From Epiperipatus broadwayi (taxonomy: Eukaryota > Animalia > Onychophora), in assembly GCA_028023455.1 (NCBI GenBank), contig JAQFVV010000003.1, positions 23,746,001 to 23,810,000 on the forward strand: DNA of 64,000 nt, given 5' to 3'. Position numbers and translations under genes: made by a program. The notes under the pieces were generated by a model. It saw nothing but the letters and a program-made list of their open reading frames with translations. It made no database searches and was not told the DNA's origin. Below, in pieces: positions 1 to 13,218 of this stretch. The first letter of the stretch is position 1. Every line of letters starts with the position of its first letter.

Positions 1-944
1 GGATCCAATTCTCTAACTAATTATAACTAAATACTTGTTTACTAACCATTGTTTATGATGTCAAAAAATTTAAAAATTCATCCAGCCTGGATGTGTGACT
101 TCCTGGATAGGGCAACCAAATGTATTTGCCACTACCTAATGAAATTTTTAAATAGTAAGTGGCTAATACTAATTATGTTGCCTGATCAGATTATTTTTTC
201 CCTAGATATAAGTTGTTTTTTTATAAGAAATGTTTAATAATAATTTTATTAAACACTTTTATTGAAGTTAAAAAAATCAGTTTGTTTCTTTGTTTGTTTA
301 TTAATTAAAATTTGAACTTTTTAAAGTTAGAATTAAATTTTAAAATTGATATTTAATATATTTAAATTCAATAGAACTGCTTGAAATCTGGTAAATAACT
401 TAAGTAATACCAGCCTAATCCATATGGGAATCTCATCTTCTTAGTAGATCACATAGTTTCTTAGATATAAAACAGCTAATGGAGAAATATTAAAAATATT
501 CAATAATTTCACTTATCACAATTAAAAATTATTTTTAGAACTTTCATTTATTTTAAATAAGACTCACAAGAGGGTGATATAAAGATTTTTTACCTTTCAA
601 TTTAATAACATTTTTATAACATTTTAAAATCGATATTTAATATATTTATGTTCAATATAACTTGTTGAAATTTTGTACATTTGTTTAAAATGTCTGTAAA
701 ACTTATAAGACTCATTATTTTTTAAAATAGGGCTTAGTTTCTTAGATAGAAAGAGTGGGGTGTGTGTGTGTGTGTTAAATAATGCTGACTATCAATTTTA
801 TTTATTACAATTGCAAGCTTCATTTAAGTGATAAGAAAGTTATTTATAATAGTTTTTGTTTAAAACATTTTTTTAAAAATAAAAATAAAAACTCAAAATG
901 TAAAATACTTTTCACTTAAAAGAATATTTTATAATTTTAGTTAC

Positions 945-1640
945 TTATATACAACATATATTATTAGAAGGGATTTGGACAGAGTTTCAAGCTTCCTTCA
1001 CTTATCTACTCCATCTTATATAATTGATGATCGCATGCATGTGAAAAAAGATAAATGATCTCCAATATACATATTGCATCTGAACCAGGATCCAGATTAT
1101 CATTTTTGCACATATATACAATCAGTGGTCAGTTTATATTAAGATAACAAATCTTTAAACTTTAATAGACAGCTTTCAATCTTCTTCACTTGCCAATTCT
1201 TCAGCCATTCATATTATTGAAAATCTGATGATGGAATACTCAAAGCCCTTGTTGATGCCAATATTGTCATGTTCATGTTGGCTTAAAGTAAGTATGAGTA
1301 TGACAATAGGCTTTGAGCATTCTATCATCAGATTTTCAATAATTTAGATGGCTGAAGAATTGGAGAATGGAGAAAATTGAAAACTGTCCATTAAAGTTTG
1401 AAGATTTGTTATCTTAATATAAACTAAGCACTGATTGTATATATGTGTGGTATATGATGATCTGGACCAACTGATGAGTGTTGGTTCAGCATGCAATATG
1501 TATATTGGAGATCATTTATCTTTTTCACATGTATGTGTTCATGTCTATTGGTTATATAAGATGGAGTAGATAGATGAAGGAAGCTTGAAAGTAATCCACT
1601 ATAATTACATCTAAAGTTTAGTATATACATTATACTTGTA
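945..1640. mobile_element. Family A small element, head-to-head inverted pair (hammerhead plus tRNA-like segment)
   Basis: About 945-1290 is the reverse complement of about 1295-1630 (e.g. TTCAAGCTTCCTTC at 986 vs GAAGGAAGCTTGAA at 1576). Homologous single copies lie at 28634-28885 and 48620-48880. Confidence 0.85.
1457..1515 (+). ncRNA. Type-I hammerhead ribozyme motif (family A), GAAA mutated to GCAA
   Basis: Stem I ATGATCT..CCAA / TTGG-AGATCAT; CTGATGA at 1471-1477; stem II GTGTTG/CAGCAT; GCAA at 1493-1496; near-palindromic stem III ATATGTAT. Confidence 0.8.
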
Positions 1641-2869
1641 TTGAAACATATATTATGTATACATATTAAATAAGATATATACATATTACAGAAATATCCA
1701 GTGATTTATATATACACTATATGTGTGAAATTGATTTTAAAATTATATGTATTAAATGTTCATTTTACAATATAGTTTTGGTAAGCATTCTTTTTTTTTT
1801 TAAAATTCCAGTCGAAGTAAAAATATTAAACACTTTTCACTTCAAAGAATATTTCATATGTATTTACTAAACATGATATATACATAAGAGGTATACATTT
1901 TAACTTATAGCAGAAATATCTATGGATGCATATATCAACTATCAGTGTCAAATCAATTTAAACTAAAATATAGTTTTACATTTTTATTTACTGTCAATAC
2001 TAAAAACTTAAAGATAATAGAAATAATTTTTTTTTAAAAAAAAAATTAAATACTTGCACTAAAAAAAAAATAATTCTTACTTCAACCACGTGTGGGGTTT
2101 TTAGGTTTAACTTGAAATAAAAGCATGATCAATAAAAGCATTTAATATAAAGTTTTTTTTATCTCTATTATAAAACTTTTCAAGATAGTAAAGAGGATAT
2201 TTATATTTCCCCTGAACTTCTTGACATTTTTCCTTCCTGTATTATTAGTTGTTTAAAATCTTTTCTGTAATCATTTTAATAATTTTAAAAAAAAAGCCTT
2301 TATAATAAATAAATACAAAATTTATTTTTTAAATGAAATGTGTCTGCTTATATCTTTTTTGCTGAATGATAGTTAAAAGTAATTTTATGTCAAAACCAAA
2401 AGAAAGAATTTTTTAAATTGCAGATTGATGATGAAATTTCTAATCCAAAAGATATTAGAATTTCTCTACTTTATAAACCAGCAAATAGACAGGAAATGGT
2501 GATCTCACATACAGTAGTCTCCTTTATATATAGATTCACTATTCACGAATTTACTAATCTGCAGATTAAAAAAAAATGAATTTATAAATTTTATTCCCAT
2601 ACTTAGTTATATGAATGGCATCATTCATTATTCATTTTGAACATTCTATGAGTCAAATAGTTGCTATCTTTCTCTTTGGATTTATTACCCCTCCAATCTC
2701 TCTCACAACTACATTCATTATTCCTTTTTTTTCTATTAATTATTTTTATTGATGTTTAATTTGTGTATATTAAAAATGAAATATGTGTGTATATATATGT
2801 TAATCAGCTTCAGTCTACAAACGAATCAATTATGTATTGGTAGGTGCAATGTCAACATTTTACAATCAG

Positions 2870-4950
2870 ATGTATAATGAAAGGATTGAATGACCTTATA
2901 CAAACAACAGAATAATTTTTAGCATAAAAAAAAGACAAAACAAAACAAAACCCAACTTTTGAAGACCTAAGAAACATATTTATAGAGGATATTGATTCAA
3001 AAATCTTAGCTCGAATACTACTTAAAAAATTGAATAACTTGGTTAAAGACAAAATATCATCAGCACATCATGTTGTCAAGGGTAAAAGAGCCATAAATGC
3101 AGCTCTAAAATACAAGAAGCAATAAAGTATGCAAAGGAATTTAAGCTAATGCAGTACTTTGCAATTCAAATTGATTTTAAATCAGCATTTGACCTAGTTA
3201 ACTGGTCATATCTCATAAAAGCTCTGAACAATTTGATTAAAGAAGACAAATACCTAGAGAATGCTATAATGAATTCCATAAGAAATAATAGAATCTCCTA
3301 TTAAAATTATATGTGCAGATCTGAATTCTTCTTCCCAGAGAAAGGTATTCCTCAAGGTTCTCCATTGGCAGTGCTCTTATTTGCAATTTATGTAGACGCC
3401 ATGATTAAAGAAATAGACATTGGTTAATGGGATCTATCTATCACATTTGGATGTCACAATAGGAATCACAGCATTTACTGATATTATAATAATAGTAGAA
3501 AATAGTTATAATATTAATGCAGTGACGAATGCCCTAAAAAAAGTTTCAAGAAGTAACAAGTTCAGTAGTTCAATCTAACAAATCAGCAGCTTGGCAATTG
3601 GCAATGGGTAAAAGAATGTCATCCAAATTTATAACTTAGCTGAAGTCATTTCTTGGATTGCCATTATATATGTCAAAGGTATGTATGAATGGTCACTTAA
3701 ATCAGCTAATTATAAAAAAAAAAATTGTAGAGAGGATTAATAACTTCACATCATTCAAGTTTTATGAAGTGATGAGAACTCAATTGTTCAATGCAATTGC
3801 AACGGAGGCCCTTAGTTATTATGGTCCATGGGTAAAACTATATAATAAAACAATTCATAGTATAAAACAGATGGCTAAAAAATTCATCTGGGGGAAGAAA
3901 TCTAGACTACTATCAATGGCAATATTACAGTTACCTATTAATGAGGGAGGGCTTAACTTAGTTGATTCAAAAGTATATGTAAATTTTATTATTGTGTAAG
4001 AACATATTTCAATGTTATGAAGGATCAATGCTTCACTCCATCAACTGGTGATATAAAAATATATAGTGAAATAGGGGCAGAGAGAATATCTTATTTGGCA
4101 GATATGTTTATTGCATATAAGGACATACAAGATGAGCTAGATGTGCAAAACTTGGAAGGTATTAGATATAAGAAGGGGAGTAAAACCTGAAAATTCATGG
4201 ATAAACTGCTCAACAAAAGGGGTCATAGGTAAATTCCATTCAATTTATAAACCACAGCCATATATGAAATTCATATTCAAGTTGATCAATGAAGTTTTAC
4301 TGACTACAATATACATTAATAAAAGATTGGGAATGAGTTTAGATGAAACTTGTTCATTTTGTAAAAATAAACATGAAACATTTAAACATTTACTTGAAGA
4401 ATGCAGTGCTTTTGGGAGGCTAAGATACAGAGTTTTCCACACCCCAATGATAAATCTTAAAATGTTACTGAAGCAAAATGTAATAAAATTCAAACCACAT
4501 AATGCAATGGTGGTTGAAGAAACTTGACAATGATTGGGACAACTATTTTGGTACGTGTTTGAAATACTGGCTTAAGAAGGTTATAGAAACAGTATGGGGA
4601 GGAATTTCTATGACCACTTGTAAAATGTAGGAGCAAAAATAAACATATAAATAGAGAATGAGATAGTAAAAGTATTTAAAGTGGTAAAATAAAGAATTTC
4701 TCAAGAGAGAATAAAGATTCCATGTTTAAACTAGGAGTATGATTTGAATGGTATAACTCTAGGATTTAATAAGGAAATTTATATTAACTTTATAACAATG
4801 AGAGACTTATAGACTCACATTGTAGTGTTTTTGGGAAAAGTTCAGTAAATTTATGGTAATGGATAAAATGAATCAAAACTAATTTGTAGATATTTTCTGT
4901 ACATATTTAGAGGTTTGCTTAATAAAGTTTATTACTCAAAAAAAATAAAT
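2870..4950 (+). mobile_element. 5'-truncated, frameshifted L1/Tx1-clade non-LTR retrotransposon (RT plus C-terminal zinc knuckle)
   Basis: Translated motifs DSKILARIL, IDFKSAFDLVNWSYL (~3170), GIPQGSPLAVLLF (~3345), GGLNL (ORF 3658-3999) and CSFCKNKHETFKHLLEEC (ORF 4141-4527). AATAAA and an A-rich tail at 4921-4950. Confidence 0.9.
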
Positions 4951-5720
4951 AGAGAATGCTATTATCTATGGTTTTAAGAATTCATGAAAAGGCTTACAAA
5001 TCAAACTTAAAACTATTATGTATGCATATTAAGTAATTGACAAAAAACATATAGATCTTGAAGATTGCCTTATGTGGTAGTAAAGTAACAGACTCAAGAG
5101 CTAGATTGATTTTAATATAAATAAAACAAAACCTTACATTTGATTACTTGAATAGAACTATGGGCTCCATCTACCACTTGACTGTGTGAACATCACATAG
5201 CCTTTTTAGCAATTAATTATCGAAAGATGGGGAAGAGGTGAGAGAACTTGCAGAAAATTCTGCATTAGGTTTTAAAAAATAAAGTAAAGGAATTTTAAGA
5301 AATGTTATGTGCTGATAATGAATAATGTGTCTTAAAATCCTACAAAGTAATCTTAATATCATACAAAAACTTGTAGGGTTTCAGGTAATAGATATATTAA
5401 TTCAAAGTAGATTTTTGTGTTATATATCCCAGTATTTTTTTTGTAAAAATGAGACTTATTTTGAAGAAAGAATAAAAAGATATTAGTAAAGTGAATAAAA
5501 CTATTGATAAAAAAAATAACAACAATAAACTATTATAAACAGAAAAAGAAGTAGGATATTAAACTTTGTAATTATATGTTGGATTATTTCCATCATCTAA
5601 TATTAATTTAAATGTTTTTAGAAAAATGCAAACCATATTTAAATGTTTCCAAATATATTCATCTGTTAATAAAAGCACAATGTTTTAAGTGGTATTATTT
5701 AACTCTCTTCTTTAGATATA

Positions 5721-5826
5721 GTTGGCCTGACCAGTGTTAGTTCTAGCAAGGAAATTAACTCTGGGACCTATATATTCGGGAATATCGAGTTTAAGACAAT
5801 ACATCAATCAATTAGATTATTCTGTC
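5721..5826 (-). mobile_element. Family B tRNA-derived head, decayed copy
   Basis: The reverse complement aligns with 9000-9102 (GACAGAATA...CACTGGTCAGGCC). Confidence 0.7.
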
Positions 5827-6314
5827 AAAGGATCAAGTAAAAATTGAAAATAATTTTAATTTTGTTTTTATAAAAGCTGCCTTAAGGGAGGAATAAAAGT
5901 GGTGACATAACTATGAAGATGTTTAATAAAATATTGCAAAGAAGAAGATCGGAGAAAATATACAAATCTTAATGATAAGCTGTGTCAAGAGATATAAAAA
6001 GATGAATTTGTTGCAAAATAAATAAATAAATAGTAATATGTTCAAAATTTTATTTCGTGAATTATTTTAGAGAATTCATTACCTTGAGAATGTATCAAAA
6101 CTAGGCAATCTTTGAGAATATATTCAAATCTCAAGCAGACTTAGGATATTTCTTTCAGATGGCTGACTCATTGCTAATCTAACTAGCTATTGGGCTGACA
6201 AATGGATATTTAAAATTCTTATAGCTAGAAAGTAAATATTTAAAATCTGAGTTTATTATATAAATGTTGATGTACTGATTGTAAATATAAATAAAAATTG
6301 ATTGTTATATGATT

Positions 6315-6660
6315 CAAACTGCAGAGAAAAATCACACTACTATTACTACTGGGAAATGTTATATAGTTACTACTAATGGGAAAGATTGCACTCTTACTAT
6401 TTATGAGAAAGATCATACTTTTTTGCCGTTAGGAAAGTTCATATTCCCATTCTCTGGGAAAGGTCATATTTCAATTATTACTGGAAAAGATTATACTTCT
6501 ACTATTTGTGGGAAAAATCATACTCTTATTATTGTTGAGAAATATCAAATTTTTACTACTTCTGGAAAGGTTATATTTCTACTATTGCTGCAACAATATT
6601 ATACTCTTACTACTGCTCAAAAACGTTATAAGAAAGACCATACTCCTATTACTGCAGGAT
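6315..6660 (+). repeat. Degenerate ~27-nt minisatellite that keeps ORF 6309-6671 open
   Basis: Recurrent GGAAAGATCATACTCTTACTACT-like units, giving ~9-aa GKDHTLTT-like repeats. Confidence 0.6.
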
Positions 6661-8459
6661 TTAGTTTATAAACAGTTTTTATATCTGATCCTTTAATATT
6701 TATTTTTTTGTATAAAGAGGAATTTTATCTCATAATATATATATTGTGTGTCATCTACAGGTTAAATGTTTTTTTAATATCTTCTTTATTACAACTTGAA
6801 CATACAGTGAGAATAAATTGAGCTGAAAAACCAAATGTTTTATTATGTTAACCTATGCTTTGCACTAACTTTTTTTTTTGAGAGTATCATTTCAAGAAGA
6901 TTGGACTTTTATTTCTTATAATTGTCTTGGTGTATGTCTAATACAGACTAAAATGTATGCACCATTTTTATGAGCACTTTTTTGTTGGTATTGTTTTCTA
7001 TCTTTCAATTGGCTAAGGTATTTTTAATGTTTTTTGATTATGAATACAAAACTTCATGAGATAGAAAATAAATGTCTTCAATTACAATTGCAGTCAATCT
7101 GAAACTGAGAAATAATATTCATACAATAAAATCACTTATAAACTGTCATTATATTGATAATTTTGGTTTATTGGACTTATATTTTATTTGTTCTTTTTAG
7201 CATTTAATTACATATAAAGTATTTTGAAATTGACATTTTTTAAGACAATTGCAATAAAGTCAATTCTACTTTATCCATATTTTGTAATTTATGATTCATT
7301 AATGTTTTAGCAAATTAAATTTACATCTGATAATTACAGGTCTGTGCTATGAGAAATAATAATAACAGACCCTTTCTATTGGCTAATTTTATGTAAATAC
7401 TTTTCTCTTATTTTAGCATGATTTTTCCAGAATTGATTGGTATATTCATCATTTCGTCATACTCAACTATTTTTTGAAGTAAAAATTCTTGCCTTAGAAA
7501 AAAGCAATGAGATGTGTAGTACTATCAATGATAGAATCATATGATTTTTTCATATGTTTATTTATTTATTCATTCCCAAAAGCAATTATCTTCTCTCTAG
7601 TAAAGAGTCATCTAGTGAAAGTTTGATTAAACAATGGACATCAAATGATATTCATTGATTACTCAGGCTTACAATAGATGGCTCTAGAGTAGGTTAATGC
7701 TAACTGCTCTATTGAAAGTATCAAGCTAGATATTTTTGAGTTTCTTTTATTATGCATTTCATGAGTTGTACTTATAATTTTTTTTTCACTTCTTGATTCT
7801 TTATGCAGTGACTTATGTATTCAAATCATTTAATACACTTTATTGACTTTTTATAATGCAGTAATTTTGAATATTGTAGCTCTGATGAAGACCGCTGATT
7901 ACTTGAAATGATAAAAAAATATTATCAAGGAATAAATAAAATTATTGCATTGTAAAAAGTGAATAAAAAAAGTGTATTATAAGACTTGTACTTTCTATAA
8001 ATTTTTTTTTTGTTTTTGAATTGCACTTTAAATTCAATATTTACAGAAAAATACCTCATTTTTTTAAAATAAGCTAGTTCTAGTGAATATTAATTGTGCT
8101 GGCAGTCTGAAAATATGGCTTACCACTAGCTACAGTTATGTCTGCATGCTTTACTTGTTTATGAATTTATATTTTTTAGGTAATTATAATTGTTTCGATA
8201 AGTATAAAATATTTTAAAATAAGCTTTTTTTCTTTCATATTACTGCCTTTTAGATTTAATATAATTGAACTCTTTGTGGCACTTAAATGTTTTTTTGACA
8301 TTGTATGTTTTTGTGAGTAAAAAAAGAGAGAAGTGATATACTTGCAATATTTCAATTATTTAATATAATCTTTAGAAATGACTAATTAAATTTGCTCTTT
8401 AAAAAAAGGAGAAATCAGGAAAAGCTTCATAGATAAGTATAAGAAAATTCTGTTATCTT

Positions 8460-8660
8460 TGGCAAAATAGATCACTTGGTTAGAGTATTATCTTAAAATT
8501 CAATATTCATGACTCTGAAGTTCAGGTTCAATTTTCATGATACTATTATTACTAGTCAGGCCAGAGAGGAGAAAAATACCATGCACAAAGTATAATATAC
8601 TAACCTGTGTACTATTACGAATAGTTGAATGTATTAGAAAAATTTAAATTTTTCTAAAGA
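8460..8660 (+). mobile_element. Family B tRNA-derived element, decayed copy
   Basis: TTGGTTAGAGTATT (A-box-like), GGTTCAATT (B-box-like), CTAGTCAGGCCAG and a tail similar to 9000-9250. Confidence 0.65.
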
Positions 8661-8847
8661 CATTCAATATTTAATTTAAGATGATGAAAATATAGTCACT
8701 TTTCATCACAAATCTTCAGATAAACAATTGTGATATTTGTTTAACAGCAGGGGCCTGGTTTCTAACTTGCCTTTATTATTAAGTACTACTGTATATTATA
8801 AAATATATGAAAGCATTAAAATGCTATCTATTGAGTTTTTTTGTAAA

Positions 8848-9299
8848 ATAGTATGTTAGATGTGATAATATGTTGAACTATTTCAATCATCTATTAGTAA
8901 ATGTTGAATGTATAGAAAATTTTTAAACTTTATTTAAACTTTTAAAATACAAACAAGTTGTTAGTAATAACTTACAAATAAACAACACAGGTTAGTAATG
9001 ACAGAATAGCTCAGTTGGTTAGAGCATTTGCCCCAAATTCGTTATTGAGAATCTACAAGTGCGAGTTTGATTCCTATGCTAGTACTGTCACTGGTCAGGC
9101 CAGCAATTCCTGAAGAACAGTGGAGAATAATACTACTCAAAATGTGACATTATTAATCCATGTTGTCTATTTGTATGTTATTACTAATAAGTAGTTTGTA
9201 TTTGAAAAGTTTGGATAAAGTTTAAACATTTTTTATACATTCAACATTTTCTGATAGATAATAGAAATAGTTCAACATACTATCACATCTAATATGCCA
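8848..9299 (+). mobile_element. Family B: inverted 3' tail, then tRNA-derived head, decayed hammerhead and tail
   Basis: 8853-8990 is inverted relative to 9160-9295. A-box TAGCTCAGTTGG at 9007-9018, B-box-like GAGTTTGATTCC at 9063-9074, CTGAAGA at 9110-9116, AGTGG/CTACT stem, then CAAAATGTGAC. Confidence 0.75.
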
Positions 9300-12249
9300 T
9301 CATCACAAACCTTCAGGCAAAAAATAACGCTAGTTGGTATCCAATGATCAATTTCTGAATTATAAACTGTGGCTATAGTTTTAAAGTAACTAAGAGATTC
9401 AGTGATGCTTTCTGTTGATTATCTAATATTTTTATTTCACTTAGTGATAAATGTGAATTTTTTAAATCTTCATGTAGTAACTTTTTATAAGATTAAAATT
9501 CAACATTTAAAGAAAATGTTTCCCAATTCCTTTTTGCAAGTTAGTTTTGATGAATATTGATTATACCAGCTTTGGCATAACACTAAATATACATTTTTAG
9601 ATGTATTTTGTAAGATTTTATTTTTTATTATGACTGATTATTAAAAAAAACTAAAGTAATTTTAGTATTATTAAACTGTTTGTAATGATAGTTCCAAAAT
9701 TTTTTGTTAGTTGAAATCAAATAGAATTCTTTAATATATATATATTATAATCAAAGAATATTACAAAAAAAAAAAAAAAAGGTTTTTTGTTTCTACAAAG
9801 AAGTTTTTTGAGATTATTTATTGATGGTAAAAGTTTGCTGAATTGGATTAAATTCTTTTGCTTTTAATGCATCCATTACAGTAGACTTTTTTTTTTTGAT
9901 AATTAAGAATTGAGAATGCTGACTTTTTAAGTAATCAAAAAAGTTAATTAAGTAAGTGAAGTGCATAGGCATATACATATATATTTATTTATTTTCAGTA
10001 TATCCAGGTATTGTGAAACAAATCATGGGAATGTATATAGACTTCTGGTTCTTAAGAGACATTTTGTTTTTTATATATAAAAAAAGTATTAAAAGTATAT
10101 GTTTTAAATATATGAAATTGTCTTTTTTTGAAATTTTGCATAGGTATCCAAAAATTCTAGTTACAGGATTGAGTGCATTAGTCTTTTATATTTCTGATTG
10201 ATATGAGCAAAAAAATATGATATATAATTTATTATGTTTATGCTGTATTTATATTTTAACACAAAAGTTTGTTTCCAAATATTTTGCATGTGTAACTAAG
10301 CAATTAATTATTTCAATCAATACTTTGCCATTGCTATATGTTGTAAAAATATTTATTTCATAGTCATTTTTGCAATATTTAAAACATTTAAGAAGATGAC
10401 TTTAATAAATGTAAACATAAATGTTTCACTGGGATGTTATTATTTTTCACACTCAAACTGTTGATTTACTCAAATATGTTTTTTTCCCAATAATATGTAT
10501 CATAAATACCATAAGAAAACAAAAATGGAAAATTTTTTTTTGTTTTGCTTATATCATTTTATTATCTTAAATATATATATTTGATAATGAATTGGCATTT
10601 TAAAATAAATTGTCACAATTGGAAGTAATCAAGACTGACTGACATTTCAGAGAAACAGTGTACAATTTTTTTGTTAACTTTAAGAGAAAAAAAACAATAA
10701 CTTTCTTTGCCTCTGGATTGCAATTCCTGTGATAAAAAATATTAATAATAACAACTTGAATACTTCAATAAACAGAAATGTTAGCAGGTATCAACACCAT
10801 GTACCATGGCTTGAAATTGCCCATATGCAGAGATAACAACCAGATAGATTCCCATTGTAGAACAGATAAACCTTACTTTTATGATCTGTCCTAAAGTATA
10901 TTATTCCAGTATTATCTGGGAAAGTTAAATTACTGTATTTTCTTTTTTTTTAAAATAGAATTTACAATAAAATGTTTATTTTTAAAATTGTAGTTTGATC
11001 AGTATCATTTTTATAGTGGCCAAACTAAAACACAAATTGCCAAGATTTTTTTTACTAATAATTAGAACAATTTATGGAATTTAAATTAAGAAATTAGTTA
11101 TATCCCTGTTATATAATATATTATGGTTGTGTTTTAATTTTATGATATTTAGTAAAGATATGTTAAAATTTTCTGATGTCAGGAAAAAAGGTAAAAGCCA
11201 AGATGTTGATATGAATCTTTGTGTCTATAATAACCTTTCTTATAGTGTTCAAGTAAGCATATAAATTTTTATATGTGACTATTTTTCCAAATAAAAATAT
11301 GGTACTCTTCAATCAAAATTAAATCATGCTGCTTTATGACTTTTGAGATTAAAGAAGAAAGAGGATGAAAAACTGAAGAATGTTTGACATATATTGCTAT
11401 TTATTTACATTACAGTTTTGCTCCATTGAGAAAAGGCAAAATTTTTGGACAAAGAGGAAAATGTAAAAAAAAAATTTGAAAGAAACTTGCTCACATGAGA
11501 ATGGAAAATAATTTATAAGTCAACCTAGGATGATAATTCATGTTTGAAAACCACTCACTGGTCTTACTCTTATGAAAAAATGGAGAAATAAGAAAGATCA
11601 ATGTATGAAATTTCTATTGATTATTGCCTTTGACAGAATAGTTTAATTTGTTAAAGAAATTAAAGAATTATTTTAAATTCAGAATTCATGAATCTAAAGA
11701 TTTCTTGTTTAATTCCTATGCTAATGCTGTTTTATCGTCAGCAACACCTAAAGATGAGAGTATACCATTCTAAATGTTGTGTTATATACACTAACGTATC
11801 TGGTATTATTAACAGTTCAGTGTATTAAAAAAGTTTTTCTAAAACAATTAATACTGGATGATGGAAATAGTCTAACATATAATTACATTTTATTAGAGTT
11901 TTATGCACTCTTCTTACTTTTTTTATTATTATATCTCTGATCATTTTTATTTTCTTAAAAACATTTTTTTTTCTCTTCAACTAAACAATGATTCAGTTGT
12001 GTACAATAATAAAAACAATGGACTCCCAGTTGAAAGTTTCTGAATCAATATCCAGTAAAGAAAGTCAAAAAAATGACCTAAATTCAATTAGTTGAATAGA
12101 GCTGTCATGTTAAATCTATTATTTTGGTATTTGAACATGACATGATCTCTTATGCAGTGAACTATAGAGTAATTAAAAAATAACTCAAACATCTTGCGAT
12201 TTTCCTAGTGACAAATTATTTAAATATTGTTTTAGTATATGGTTTATTA

Positions 12250-12973
12250 AATAAGCATTTATTTTATATAGCATATGTTTACAATTGTATACATTCAAAT
12301 ATCAGCCTTTTAAGCTAATTGTGCATACGCTTTGAGAGTGTCAATAATAAATGAATACTTTCTCACCAATACAAGATATAGTATTTATGCAGGAATAAAA
12401 GGAATCCTCTTATTCCTATGACTCAAATGCTTATATATGAGCAAATCTGAAGTACTGGCAAGTAAAGCGTAAGGATGGGACTGTCACTTTAAATTACTAT
12501 ATACGATGTCTGAATGAATGACGTGGGTGAAATTGTCTAGAATTTACTAAATGTCACTCCAACTGAAACTTAATCATATGTAAATAAGCATTTATTTTAT
12601 TTATTTATTTATTTATTAGCTTAAAAGGCTGATATTTCAATGTATACAATTGTAAACATATGCTATATAAAATAAATGCTTATTTACATATGATTAAGTT
12701 TCAGTTGGAGTGACGTTTAGTAAATTCTAGACAATTTCACCCACGTCATTCATTCAGACATTGTATATAGTAATTTAAAGTGATGGTCTCATCCTCATGC
12801 TTTACTTGCCAGTACTTCAGATTTGCTCATATATAAGCATTTGAGTCATAGGAATAAGAGGATTCCTTTTATTCCTGCATAAATACTATATCTTGTATTG
12901 GTGAGAAAGTATTCATTTATTATTAACACTCGCAAAGCATATGCACAATTAGCTTAAAAGGCAGATATTTGAA
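12250..12973. mobile_element. TATA-hairpin family element 1: 333-bp unit, head-to-head arms each slightly longer than one unit, 14-bp TSD
   Basis: TATATGGTTTATTA at 12236-12249 and 12974-12987. Arms 12250-12600 and 12618-12973 are reverse complements with circular permutation. AATAAGCATTTA recurs at 12250 and 12583. Confidence 0.9.
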
Positions 12974-13218
12974 TATATGGTTTATTATAAAAAAAACAAC
13001 AATCAAACTATTATACACCATCATTAAAATGGAATAAATCAATGGAAATAATATCATATATGAAGAAAATATTGAAAACATTAATTGTAATGTTAATGCA
13101 TTTTCAATTGTTTCCAGCAAGAATACTCAACACTGAAAATGCATAAAGTTATATTTAATGTTTTCAGTATTTTTTTTCCTGTTCGAATAGTATTAATATT
13201 AAATGGCCATTTAAAGAA

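Noticed and set aside
7870-7950. CTGATGAAGAC...CTTGAAA followed by AATAAA
   Set aside because: Possibly an old PLE hammerhead, but the stems are too degraded to support.
9000-9085. Functional tRNA gene
   Set aside because: A/B boxes are present, but the spacer is too long, no acceptor or anticodon stem closes, and diverged paralogues indicate a SINE-like repeat.
12510-12545. CTGAATGA...GAAA as a hammerhead in element 1
   Set aside because: The core has an extra base and no stem I or stem II pairs.
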